Source: Eledone cirrhosa (Eukaryota). From it: a stretch of 64,000 nt of DNA. Numbering within the stretch: position 1 is the stretch's first letter; each line of letters starts with the position of its first letter. A model generated the notes under the pieces. It searched no databases and had not been told where the DNA came from. It saw nothing but the letters and a program-made list of their open reading frames with translations. The DNA lies in the NCBI GenBank assembly GCA_964016885.1, contig OZ024745.1:42160001-42224000 (forward strand). The letters run 5' to 3'. This document shows positions 1-13,700 of the stretch, piece by piece. A program made the translations under genes and the position numbers.

Positions 1-148
1 AGTGACTCCTGGCTTCAGTGAAGTATAGTCTCACCGTATTGCAGATGACTAGATGACTAGACAATAGAATGCATAGTGACCCCTGGCTTCAGTGAACTAT
101 AGTCTCACCTTATTGCGGATGAATAGATGACTAGGCAATAGAATGCAG

Positions 149-222
149 AGTGACTCCTGGCTTCAGTGAACTATAGTCTCACCTTGTTGCAGATGACTAG
201 ATGACTAGACAATAGAATGCAG
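149..222 (+). repeat. Representative A-type monomer (74 bp, core TCTCACCTT(A/G)TTGC), the majority class
   Basis: Read directly. Spacing to the next AGTGACTCC is 74 bp. Confidence 0.95.
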
Positions 223-296
223 AGTGACTCCTGGCTTCAGTGAATTATAGTCTCACCTTATTGCAGATGAATAGATGACTAGGCAATAGAATGCAG

Positions 297-371
297 AGTG
301 ATTCCTGGCTTCTGTGAACTATAGTCTAACCATTGTTGCAGATGACTAGATGACTAGGCAATAGATTGCAG
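297..371 (+). repeat. Representative B-type monomer (75 bp, core TCTAACCATTGTTGC), roughly one third of units
   Basis: Read directly. The core is 1 bp longer with linked substitutions and is interspersed with A units throughout. Confidence 0.95.
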
Positions 372-3300
372 AGTAACTCCGGGTTTCAGTGAACTATAGT
401 CTCACCGTATGCCAGATGACTAGATGACTAGGCAATAGAATGCAGAGTGACTCCTGGCTTCTGTGAACTATAGTCTAACCATTGTGGCAGATGACTAGAT
501 GACTAGGCAATAGATTGCAGAGTGACTCCGGGTTTTAGTGAACTATAGTCTCACCTTATTGCCGATGACTAGATGACTAGGCAATAGAATGCAGAGTGAC
601 TCCTGGTTTCAGTGAACTATAGTCTAACCATTGTTGCAGATGACTAGATGACTAGGCAATAGAATGCAGAGTGAGTCCTGGCTTCAGTGAAATATAGTCT
701 CACCTTATTGCAGATGACTTGATGACTAGGCAATAGAATGCAGAGTAACTTCTGGCTTCAGTGAAGTGTAGTCTAACCATTGTTGCAGATGACTGGATAA
801 CTAGGCAATAGAATGCAGAGTGACTCCTGGCTTCAGTGAACTATAGTCTCACCTTATTACAGATGACTAGATGACTAAGCAATAGAATGCAGAGTGACTC
901 CTGGCTTCGGTGAAGTATAGTCTAACCATTGTTGCAGATGACTAGATGACTAGGCAATACAATGCAGAGTGACTCCTGGCTTCAGTGAAGTTCAGTCTCA
1001 CCTTATTCCAGATGACTAAATGACTAGACAATAGAATGCAGAGTGACTCCTGGCTTCAGTGAAGTATAGTCTCACCTTATTGCAGATGACTAGATGACTA
1101 GGCAATAGAATGCAGAGTGACTCCTGGCTTCTGTGAACTATAGTCTCACCTTATTGCTGATGACTAGATGACTACGCAATAGAATGCAGAGTGACTCCTG
1201 GCTTCAGGGAACTATAGTCTCACATTATTGCAGATGACTAGAAGACTAGGCAATAGAATGCAGAGTGACTCCTGGCTTCTGTGAACTGTAGTCTAACAAT
1301 TGTTGCAGATGACTAGATGACTAGGCAATAGATTGTAGAGTGACTCCGGGCTTCAGTGAAGTATAGTCTCACCTTATTGCAGATGACTAGATGACTAGGC
1401 AATAGAATGCAGAGTGACTCCTGGCTTCAGTGAACTATAGTCTAATCATTGTTGCAGATGACTAGATGACTACGCAATAGAATACAGAGTGACTCATGGC
1501 TTCTGTGAACTATAGTCTAACCATTGTTGCAGATGACTAGATGAATAGGCAATAGAATGCAGTGACTCCTGGCTTCTGTGAACTATAGTCTAACTATTGT
1601 TGGAGATGACTAGATGACTAGGCAATAGATTGCAGAGTGACTACTGGCTTAAGTGAACTATAGTCTCACCTTATTGCAGATGACTAGATGACTGGGCAAT
1701 AGAATGCAGTGACTCCTGGCTTCTGTGGACTATAGTCTAACCATTGTTACAGATGACTAGGCAATAGAGTGCAGTGTAACTACGGGCTTCAGTGAAGTAT
1801 TGGCTCACCTTATCGCAGATGACTAGATGACTAGTCAATAGAATGCAGAGTGACTCCTGGCTTCAGTGAACTATAGTCTCACCTTATTGCAGATGACTAG
1901 ATGACTAGGCAATTGAATGCAGAGTGACTCCTGGCTTCAGTTAACTATAGTCTCACCTTATTGCAGATGACTAGATTACTAGGCAATAGAATGCAGAGTG
2001 ACTCCTGGCTTCAGTGAACTATAGTCTCACCCTATTGCAGATGACTAGATGACTAGGCAATAGAATGCAGAGTGACACGGGGCTTCATTGAAGTATAGTC
2101 TAACCATTGTTGAAGAGGACTAGATGACTAGGCAATAGAATGCAGAGTGACTCCTGGCTTCAGTGAACTATGGGCTCACCTTATTGCAGATGACTAGATG
2201 ACTAGGCAATAGAATGCAGTGTGACTCCTGGCTTCAGTGAACTATAGTCTCACCGTATTGCAGATGACTAGATGACTAGACAATAGAATGCATAGTGACC
2301 CCTGGCTTCAGTGAACTATAGTCTCATCTTATTGCGGATGAATAGATGACTAGGCAATAGAATGCAGAGTGACTCCTGGCTTCAGTGAACTATAGTCTCA
2401 CCTTGTTGCAGATGACTAGATGACTAGACAATAGAATGCAGAGTGACTCCTGGCTTCGGTGAAGTATAGTCTAACCATTGTTGCAGATGACTAGATGACT
2501 AGGCAAAAGAATGCTGAGTGACTCCTGGCTTCGGTGAAGTATAGTCTAACCATTGTTGCAGATGAATAGATGACTAGGCAATAGAATGCAGAGTGACTCC
2601 GGGCTTCAGTGAAGTATAGTCGCAGCTTTTATCAGATGACTAGATGACTAGGCAATAGATTGCAGAGTGACTCCGGGCTTCAGTTAATTATAGTATCACC
2701 TTATTGCAGATGACTAGATGACTAGGCAATAGAACGCAGAGTGACTCCTGGCTTCAGTGAACTATAGTCTCACCTTATTGCAGATGACTAGATGACTAGG
2801 CAATAGAATGCAGAGTGACTCCTGGCTTCAGTAAAGTATAGACTCACCTTATTGCAGATGACTAGATGACTAGGCAATAGAATGCAGAGTGACTCCTGGC
2901 TTCAGTGAAATATAGTCTAACCATTGTTGCAGATGACTAGATGACTAGGCAATAGAATGCAGAGTGACTCCTGTCTTCAGTGAACTATAGTCTAACCATT
3001 GTTGCAGATGACTAGATGACTACGCAATAGAATGCAGAGTGACTCCTGGCTTCTGTGAACTATAGTCTAACCATTGTTGCAGATGACTAGATGACTAGGC
3101 AATAGAATGCAGAGTGACTCCTGGCTTCAGTGAAATATAGTCTCACGTTATTGCAGATGACTAGATGACTAGCCAATAGAATACAGAGTCACTCCTGGTT
3201 TCGGTCAACTATAGTCTCACCTTATTGCAGATGACTAGATGACTAGGCAATAGAATGCAGAGTGACTCCTGGCTTCAGTGAACTATAGTCTCACCTTATT

Positions 3301-5044
3301 GCAGATGACTAGATGACAAGGCAATAGAATGCAGAGTGACTCCTGGCTTCTGTGAACTATAGTCTCACCTTATTGCAGATGACTAGATGACTACGCAATA
3401 GAATGCAGAGTGACTCCTGGCTTCAGTGAAGTATAGTCTAACCATTGTTGCAGATGACTAGATGACTAGGCAATAGATTGCAGAGTGACTCCGGGTTTCA
3501 GTGAAGTATAGTCTCACCTTATTGCAGATGACTAGATGACTAGGCAATAGAATGCAGAGTGACTCGTGGCTTCGGTAAAGTATAGTCTAACCATTGTTGC
3601 AGATGACTAGATGACTAGGCAATACAATGCAGAGTGACTCCTGGCTTCAGTGAAGTATAGTCTCACCGTATTGCAGATGACTAGATGACTAGACAATAGA
3701 ATGCATAGTGACCCCTGGCTTCAGTGAACTATAGTCTCACCTTATTGCGGATGAATAGATGACTAGGCAATAGAATGCAGAGTGACTCCTGGCTTCAGTG
3801 AACTATAGTCTCACCTTGTTGCAGATGACTAGATGACTAGACAATAGAATGCAGAGTGACTCCTGGCTTCAGTGAATTATAGTCTCACCTTATTGCAGAT
3901 GAATAGATGACTAGGCAATAGAATGCAGAGTGACTCCTGGCTTCTGTGAACTATAGTCTAACCATTGTTGCAGATGACTAGATGACTAGGCAATAGATTG
4001 CAGAGTAACTCCGGGTTTCAGTGAACTATAGTCTCACCGTATGCCAGATGACTAGATGACTAGGCAATAGAATGCAGAGTGACTCCTGGCTTCTGTGAAC
4101 TATAGTCTAACCATTGTGGCAGATGACTAGATGACTAGGCAATAGATTGCAGAGTGACTCCGGGTTTTAGTGAACTAGAGTCTCACCTTATTGCCGATGA
4201 CTAGATGACTAGGCAATAGAATGCAGAGTGACTCCTGGTTTCAGTGAACTATAGTCTAACCATTGTTGCAGATGACTAGATGACTAGGCAATAGAATGCA
4301 GAGTGAGTCCTGGCTTCAGTGAAATATAGTCTCACCTTATTGCAGATGACTTGATGACTAGGCAATAGAATGCAGAGTAACTTCTGTCTTCAGTGAAGTG
4401 TAGTCTAACCATTGTTGCAGATGACTGGATAACTAGGCAATAGAATGCAGAGTGACTCCTGTCTTCAGTGAACTATAGTCTCACCTTATTACAGATGACT
4501 AGATGACTAAGCAATAGAATGCAGAGTGACTCCTGGCTTCGGTGAAGTATAGTCTAACCATTGTTGCAGATGACTAGATGACTAGGCAATACAATGCAGA
4601 GTGACTCCTGGCTTCAGTGAAGTTCAGTCTCACCTTATTCCAGATGACTAAATGACTAGACAATAGAATGCAGAGTGACTCCTGGCTTCAGTGAAGTATA
4701 GTCTCACCTTATTGCAGATGACTAGATGACTAGGCAATAGAATGCAGAGTGACTCCTGGCTTCTGTGAACTATAGTCTCATCTTATTGCTGATGACTAGA
4801 TGACTACGCAATAGAATGCAGAGTGACTCCTGGCTTCAGGGAACTATAGTCTCACATTATTGCAGATGACTAGAAGACTAGGCAATAGAATGCAGAGTGA
4901 CTCCTGTCTTCTGTGAACTGTAGTCTAACCATTGTTGCAGATGACTAGATGACTAGGCAATAGATTGTAGAGTGACTCCGGGCTTCAGTGAAGTATAGTC
5001 TCACCTTATTGCAGATGACTAGATGACTAGTCAATAGAATGCAG

Positions 5045-8000
5045 AGTGACTCCTGGCTTCAGTGAACTATAGTCTAATCATTGTTGCAGATGACTAGATG
5101 ACTACGCAATAGAATACAGAGTGACTCAATGCTTCTGTGAACTATAGTCTAACCATTGTTGCAGATGACTAGATGACTAGGCAATAGAATGCAGTGACTC
5201 CTGGCTTCTGTGAACTATAGTCTAACTATTGTTGCAGATGACTAGATGACTAGGCAATAGATTGCAGAGTGACTCCTGGCTTCAGTGAACTATAGTCTCA
5301 CCTTATTGCAGATGACTAGATGACTGGGCAATAGAATGCAGTGACTCCTGGCTTCTGTGAACTATAGTCTAACCATTGTTACAGATGACTACGCAATAGA
5401 GTGCAGTGTAACTAAGGGCTTCAGTGAAGTATTGGCTCACCTTATCGCAGATGACTAGATGACTAGTCAATAGAATGCAGAGTGACTCCTGGCTTCAGTG
5501 AACTATAGTCTCACCTTATTGCAGATGACTAGATGACGAGGCAATTGAATGCAGAGTGACTCCTGGCTTCAGTTAACTATAGTCTCACCTTATTGCAGAT
5601 GACTAGATTACTAGGCAATAGAATGCAGAGTGACTCCTGGCTTCAGTGAACTATAGTCTCACCCTATTGCAGATGACTAGATGACTAGGCAATAGAATGC
5701 AGAGTGACACGGGGCTTCATTGAAGTATAGTCTAACCATTGTTGAAGATGACTAGATGACTAGGCAATAGAATGCAGAGTGACTCCTGGCTTCAGTGAAC
5801 TATAGGCTCACCATATTGCAGATGACTAGATGACTAGGCAATAGAATGCAGTGTGACTCCTGGCTTCAGTGAACTATAGTCTCACCGTATTGCAGATGAC
5901 TAGATGACTAGACAATAGAATGCATAGTGACCCCTGGCTTCATTGAACTATAGTCTCATCTTATTGCGGATGAATAGATGACTAGGCAATAGAATGCAGA
6001 GTGACTCCTGGCTTCAGTGAACTATAGTCTCACCTTGTTGCAGATGACTAGATGACTAGACAATAGAATGCAGAGTGACTCCTGGCTTCAGTGAACTATA
6101 GTCTCACCTTATTGCAGATGAATAGATGACTAGGCAATAGAATGCAGAGTGACTCCTGGCTTCTGTGAACTATAGTCTAACCATTGTGGCAGATGACTAG
6201 ATGACTAGGCAATAGATTGCAGAGTGACTCCGGGTTTCAGTGAACTATAGTCTCACCGTATGTCAGATGACTAGATGACTAGGCAATAGAATGCAGAGTG
6301 ACTCCTGGCTTCTGTGAACTATAGTCTAACCATTGTGGCAGATGACTAGATGACTAGGCAATAGATTGCAGAGTGACTCCGGGTTTCAGTGAACTATAGT
6401 CTAACCATTGTTGCAGATGACTAGATGACTAGGCAATAGAATGCAGAGTGAGTCCTGGCTTCAGTGAAATATAGTCTCACATTATTGCAGATGACTAGAT
6501 GACTAGCCAATAGAATACACTGTGAATCCTGGCTTCGGTGAAGTATAGTCTAACCATTGTTGCAGATGACTGGATAACTAGGCAATAGAATGCAGAGTGA
6601 CTCCTGGCTTCAGTGAACTATAGTCTCACATTATTACAGTTGACTAGATGACTACGCAATAGAATGCAGAGTGACTCCTGGCTTCGGTGAAGTATAGTCT
6701 AACCATTGTTGCAGATGACTAGATGACTAGGCAATACAATGCAGAGTGACTCATGGCTTCAGTGAAGTTCAGTCTCACCTTATTGCAGATGACTAAATGA
6801 CTAGACAATAGAATGCAGAGTGACTCTTGGCTTCAGTGAAGTATAGTCTCACCTTATTGCAGATGACTAGATGACTAGGCAATAGAATGCAGAGTGACTC
6901 CTGGCTTCTGTGAACTATAGTCTCACCTTATTGCAGATGACTAGATGACTACGCAATAGAATGCAGAGTGACTCCTGGCTTCAGTGAACTATAGTCTCAC
7001 ATTATTGCAGATGACTAGAAGACTAGGCAATAGAATGCTGAGTGACTCCTGGCTTCGGTGAAGTATAGTCTAACCATTGTTGCAGATGACTAGATGACTA
7101 GCCAATACAATGCAGAGGGACTCCTGACTTCAGTGAAGTATAGTCTCACCGTATTGCAGATGACTAGATGACTAGGCAATAGAATGCAGAGTAACTCCTG
7201 GTTTCAGTGAACTATAGTCTAACCATTGTTGCAGATGACTAGATGACTAGGCAATAGAATGCAGAGTGACACCTGGCCTCAGTGAACTATAGTCTCACCT
7301 TATTGCAGATGACTAGATAACTAGGCAATAGAATGCTGAGTGACTCCTGGCTTCGGTGAAGTATAGTCTAACCATTGTTGCAGATGACTAGATGACTAGG
7401 CAATAGAATGCAGAGTGACTCCTGGCCTCAGTGAACTATAGTCTCACCTTATTGCAGATGACTAGATGACTAGGCAATAGATTGCAGAGTGACTCCGGGC
7501 TTCAGTGAAGTATAGTCGCACCTTTTATCAGATGACTAGATGACTAGGCAATAGATTGCAGAGTGACTCCGGGCTTCAGTGAATTATAGTATCACCTTGT
7601 TGCAGATGACTAGATGACTAGGCAATAGAACGCAGAGTGACTCCTGGCTTCAGTGAACTATAGTCTCACCTTATTGCAGATGACTAGATGACTAGGCAAT
7701 AGAATGCAGAGTGACTCCTGGCTTCAGTGAAGTATAGACTCACCTTATTGCAGATGACTAGATGACTAGGCAATAGAATGCAGAGTGACTCCTAGCTTCA
7801 GTGAAATATAGTCTAACCATTGTTGCAGATGACTAGATGACTAGGCAATAGAATGCAGAGTGACTCCTGTCTTCGGTAAACTATAGGCTCACCTTATTGA
7901 AGATGACTATATGACTAGGCAATAGAATGCAGAGTGACTCCTGACTTCAGTGAACTATAGTCTAACCATTGTTGCAGATGACTAGATGACTAGGCAATAG

Positions 8001-10740
8001 AATGCAGAGTGACTCCTGGCTTCAGTGAAATATAGTCTCACATTATTGCAGATGACTAGATGACTAGCCAATAGAATACAGAGTCACTCCTGGTTTCAGT
8101 CAACTATTAGTCTCACCTTATTGCAGATGACTAGATGACTAGGCAATAGAATGCAGAGTGACTCCTGGCTTCTGTGAACTATAGTCTAACCATTGTTGCA
8201 GATGACTAGATGACTAGGCAATAGAATGCAGTGACTCCTGGCTTCTGTGAACTATAGTCTAACTATTGTTGCAGATGACTAGATGACTAGGCAATAGATT
8301 GCAGAGTGACTCCTGGCTTCAGTGAACTATAGTCTAATCATTGTTGCAGATGACTAGATGACTACGCAATAGAATACAGAGTGACTCATGGCTTCTGTGA
8401 ACTATAGTCTAACCATTGTTGCAGATGACTAGATGACTAGGCAATAGAATGCAGTGACTCCTGGCTTCTGTGAACTATAGTCTAACTATTGTTGCAGATG
8501 ACTAGATGACTAGGCAATAGATTGCAGAGTGACTCCTGGCTTCAGTGAACTATAGTCTCACCTTATTGCAGATGACTAGATGACTGGGCAATAGAATGCA
8601 GTGACTCCTGGCTTCTGTGAACTATAGTCTAACCATTGTTACAGATGACTAGGCAATAGAGTGCAGTGTAACTACGGGCTTCAGTGAAGTATTGGCTCAC
8701 CTTATCGCAGATGACTAGATGACTAGTCAATAGAATGCAGAGTGACACCTGGCTTCAGTGAACTATAGTCTCACCTTATTGCAGATGACTAGATGACTAG
8801 ACAATTGAATGCAGAGTGACTCCTGGCTTCAGTTAACTATAGTCTCACCTTATTGCAGATGACTAGATTACTAGGCAATAGAATGCAGAGTGACTCCTGG
8901 CTTCAGTGAACTATAGTCTCACCCTATTGCAGATGACTAGATGACTAGGCAATAGAATGCAGAGTGACACGGGACTTCATTGAAGTATAGTCTAACCATT
9001 GTTGCAGATGACTAGATGACTAGGCAATAGAATGCAGAGTGACTCCTGGCTTCAGTGAACTATAGGCTCACCTTATTGCAGATGACTAGATGACTAGGCA
9101 ATAGAATGCAGTGTGACTCCTGGCTTCAGTGAACTATAGTCTCACCGTATTGCAGATGACTAGATGACTAGACAATAGAATGCATAGTGACCCCTGGCTT
9201 CAGTGAACTATAGTCTCATCTTATTGCGGATGAATAGATGACTAGGCAATAGAATGCAGAGTGACTCCTGGCTTCAGTGAACTATAGTCTCACCTTGTTG
9301 CAGATGACTAGATGACTAGACAATAGAATGCAGAGTGACTCCTGGCTTCAGTGAACTATAGTCTCACCTTATTGCAGATGAATAGATGACTAGGCAATAG
9401 AATGCAGAGTGACTCCTGGCTTCTGGGAACTATAGTCTAACCATTGTGGCAGATGACTAGATGACTAGGCAATAGATTGCAGAGTGACTCCGGGTTTCAG
9501 TGAACTATAGTCTCACCGTATGTCAGATGACTAGATGACTAGGCAATAGAATGCAGAGTGACTCCTGGCTTCTGTGAACTATAGTCTAACCATTGTGGCA
9601 GATGACTAGATGACTAGGCAATAGATTGCAGAGTGACTCCGGGTTTCAGTGAACTATAGTCTCACCTTATTGCAGATGACTAGATGACTAGGCAATAGAA
9701 TGCAGAGTAACTCCTGGTTTCAGTGAACTATAGTCTAACCATTGTTGCAGATGACTAGATGACTAGGCAATAGAATGCAGAGTGAGTCCTGGCTTCAGTG
9801 AAATATAGTCTCACATTATTGCAGATGACTAGATGACTAGCCAATAGAATACACTGTGAATCCTGGCTTCGGTGAAGTATAGTCTAACTATTGTTGCAGA
9901 TGACTGGATAACTAGGCAATAGAATGCAGAGTGACTCCTGGCTTCAGTGAACTATAGTCTCACATTATTACAGTTGACTAGATGACTACGCAATAGAATG
10001 CAGAGTGACTCCTGGCTTCGGTGAAGTATAGTCTAACCATTGTTGCAGATGACTAGATGAGTAGGCAATACAATGCAGAGTGACTCCTGGCTTTAGTGAA
10101 GTTCAGTCTCACCTTATTGCAGATGACTAAATGACTAGACAATAGAATGCAGAGTGATTCTTGGCTTCAGTGAAGTATAGTCTCACCTTATTGCAGATGA
10201 CTAGATGACTAGGCAATAGAATGCAGAGTGACTCCTGGCTTCTGTGAACTATAGTCTCACCTTATTGCAGATGACTAGATGACTACGCAATAGAATGCAG
10301 AGTGACTCCTGGCTTCAGTGAACTATAGTCTCACATTATTGCAGATGACTAGAAGACTAGGCAATAGAATGCTGAGTGACTCCTGGCTTCGGTGAAGTAT
10401 AGTCTAACCATTGTTGCAGATGACTAGATGACTAGGCAATACAATGCAGAGGGACTCCTGACTTCAGTGAAGTATAGTCTCACCGTATTGCAGATGACTA
10501 GATGACTAGGCAATAGAATGCAGAGTAACTCCTGGTTTCAGTGAACTATAGTCTAACCATTGTTGCAGATGACTAGATGACTAGGCAATAGAATGCAGAG
10601 TGACACCTGGCCTCAGTGAACTATAGTCTCACCTTATTGCAGATGACTAGATGACTAGGCAATAGAATGCTGAGTGACTCCTGGCTTCGGTGAAGTATAG
10701 TCTAACCATTGTTGCAGATGACTAGATGACTAGGCAATAG
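5045..10740 (+). repeat. Higher-order duplication: about 5045-7400 repeated at about 8305-10740 (offset 3260, then 3334)
   Basis: Offset 3260 at 5101/8361 and 5881/9141, and 3334 at 6481/9815 after one extra monomer. Confidence 0.85.
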
Positions 10741-13700
10741 AATGCAGAGTGACTCCGGGCTTCAGTGAAGTATAGTCGCACCTTTTATCAGATGACTAGA
10801 TGACTAGGCAATAGATTGCAGAGTGACTCCGGGCTTCAGTGAATTATAGTATCACCTTATTGCAGATGACTAGATGACTAGGCAATAGAACGCAGAGTGA
10901 CTCCTGGCTTCAGTGAACTATAGTCTCACCTTATTGCAGATGACTAGATGACTAGGCAATAGAATGCAGAGTGACTCCTGGCTTCAGTGAAGTATAGACT
11001 CACCTTATTGCAGATGACTAGATGACTAGGCAATAGAATACAGAGTGACTCCTAGCTTCAGTGAAATATAGTCTAACCATTGTTGCAGATGACTAGATGA
11101 CTAGGCAATAGAATGCAGAGTGACTCCTGTCTTCGGTGAACTATAGGCTCACCTTATTGAAGATGACTATATGACTAGGCAATAGAATGCAGAGTGACTC
11201 CTGACTTCAGTGAACTATAGTCTAACCATTGTTGCAGATGACTAGATGACTACGCAATAGAATGCAGAGTGACTCCTGGCTTCTGTGAACTATAGTCTAA
11301 CCATTGTTGCAGATGACTAGATGACTAGGCAATAGAATGCAGAGTGACTCCTGGCTTCAGTGAAATATAGTCTCACATTATTGCAGATGACTAGATGACT
11401 AGCCAATAGAATACAGAGTCACTCCTGGTTTCAGTCAACTATTAGTCTCACCTTATTGCAGATGACTAGATGACTAGGCAATAGAATGCAGAGTGACTCC
11501 TGGCTTCAGTGAACTATAGTCTCACCTTATTGCAGATGACTAGATGACAAGGCAATAGAATGCAGAGTGACTCCTGGCTTCTGTGAACTATAGTCTCACC
11601 TTATTGCAGATGACTAGATGACTACGCAATAGAATGCAGAGTGACTCCTGGCTTCAGTGAACTATAGTCTCAAATTATTGCAGATGACTAGAAGACTAGG
11701 CAATAGAATGCAGAGTGACTCCTGGCTTCAGTGAAGTATAGTCTAACCATTGTTGCAGATGACTAGATGACTAGGCAGTAGATTGCAGAGTGACTCCGGG
11801 TTTCAGTGAAGTATAGTCTCACCTTATTGCAGATGACTAGATGACTAGGCAATAGAATGCAGAGTGACTCCTGGCTTCAGTGAACTATAGTCTCACCTTA
11901 TTGCAGATGACTAGATGACTAGGCAATAGAATGCAGAGTGACTCCTGGCTTCAGTGAAGTATAGTCTAATCATTGTTGCAGATGACTAGATGACTAGGCA
12001 ATAGAATGCAGAGTGACTCCTGGCTTCAGTGAACTATAGTCTCACCTTATTGCAGATGACTAGATGACTAGGCAATAGAATGCAGTGACTCCTGGCTTCT
12101 GTGAACTATAGTCTAACCATTGTTGCAGATGACTAGATGACTAGGCAATAGATTGCAGAGTGACTCCTGGCTTCAGTGAACTATAGTCTCACCTTATTGC
12201 AGATGACTAGATGACTGGACAATAGAATGCAGTGACTCCTGGCTTCTGTGAACTATAGTCCATTGTTGCAGATGACTAGGCAATAGAGTGCAGTGTAACT
12301 ACGGGCTTCAGTGAAGTATTGTCTCACCTTATCGCAGATGACTAGATGACTAGTCAATAGAATGCAGAGTGACACCTGGCTTCAGTGAACTATAGTCTCA
12401 CCTTATTGCAGATGACTAGATGACTAGGCAATTGAATGCAGAGTGACTCCTGGCTTCAGTTAACTATAGTCTCACCTTATTTCAGATGACTAGATTACTA
12501 GGCAATAGAATGCAGAGTGACTCCTGGCTTCAGGGAACTATAGTCTCACATTATTGCAGATGACTAGAAGACTAGGCAATATAATGCAGAGTGACTCCTG
12601 GTTTCAGTGAACTATAGTCTAACCATTGTTGCAGATGAATAGATGACTAGGCAATACAATGCAGAGTGACTCCTGGCTTCAGTGAAGTTCAGTCTCACCT
12701 TATTGCAGATGACTAAATGACTAGACAATAGAATGCAGAGTGACTCCTGGCTTCAGTGAAGTATAGTCTCACCTTATTGCAGATGACTAGATGACTAGGC
12801 AATAGAATGCAGAGTGACTCCTGGCTTCTGTGAACTATAGTCTCACCTTATTGCTGATGACTAGATGACTACGCAATAGAATGCAGAGTGACTCCTGGCT
12901 TCAGGGAACTATAGTCTCACATTATTGCAGATGACTAGAATACTAGGCAATAGAATGCAGAGTGACTCCTGGCTTCTGTGAACTGTAGTCTAACCTTTGT
13001 TGCAGATGACTAGATGACTAGGCAATAGATTGCAGAGTGACTCCGGGCTTCAGTGAAGTATAGTCTCACCTTATTGCAGATGACTAGATGACTAGGCAAT
13101 AGAATGCAGAGTGACTCCTGGCTTCAGTGAACTATAGTCTCACCTTATTGCAGATGACTAGATGACTAGGCAGTAGAATGCAGAGTGACACCTGGCTTCA
13201 GTGAAGTATAGTCTAATCATTGTTGCAGATGACTAGATGACTAGGCAATAGAATGCAGAGTGACTCCTGGCTTCAGTAAACTATAGTGTCACCTTATTGC
13301 AGATGACTAGATGACTAGGCAATAGAATGCTGTGACTCCTGGCTTCTGTGAACTATAGTCTAACCATTGTTGCAGATGACTAGATGACTAGGCAATAGAT
13401 TGCAGTGTAACTACGGGCTTCAGTGAAATATAGTCTCACATTATTGCAGATGACTAGATGACTAGCCAATAGAATACACTGTGAATCCTGGCTTCGGTCA
13501 ACTATAGTCTCACCTTATTGCAGATGACTTGATGACTAGGCAATAGAATGCAGAGTAACTCCTGGCTTCAGTGAAGTGTAGTCTCACTTTATTACAGATG
13601 ACTAGATGACTAGGCAATAGAATGCAGAGTGACTCCTGGCTTCAGTGAACTATAGTCTCACCTTATTACAGATGACTAGATGACTACGCAATAGAATGCA

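Larger units (their letters stand above)
1..6089 (+). repeat. Higher-order duplication: 1-2457 repeated at 3633-6089 (offset 3632)
   Basis: Same ordered rare variants (CACCGTATT, GACCCCTGG, GCGGATGAATAG, GTATGCC, GGGTTTTAG, GACACGGGG) at a constant offset, checked at 1/3633 and 2401/6033. Scattered SNPs separate the copies. Confidence 0.9.

Noticed and set aside
1-222. Tandem tRNA or other structured RNA gene array (74-75 nt matches tRNA length)
   Set aside because: I could not form a cloverleaf or acceptor stem, there is no GTTCRA T-loop/B-box, and there are no spacers or poly-T terminators. tRNAscan-SE or Infernal would settle it.
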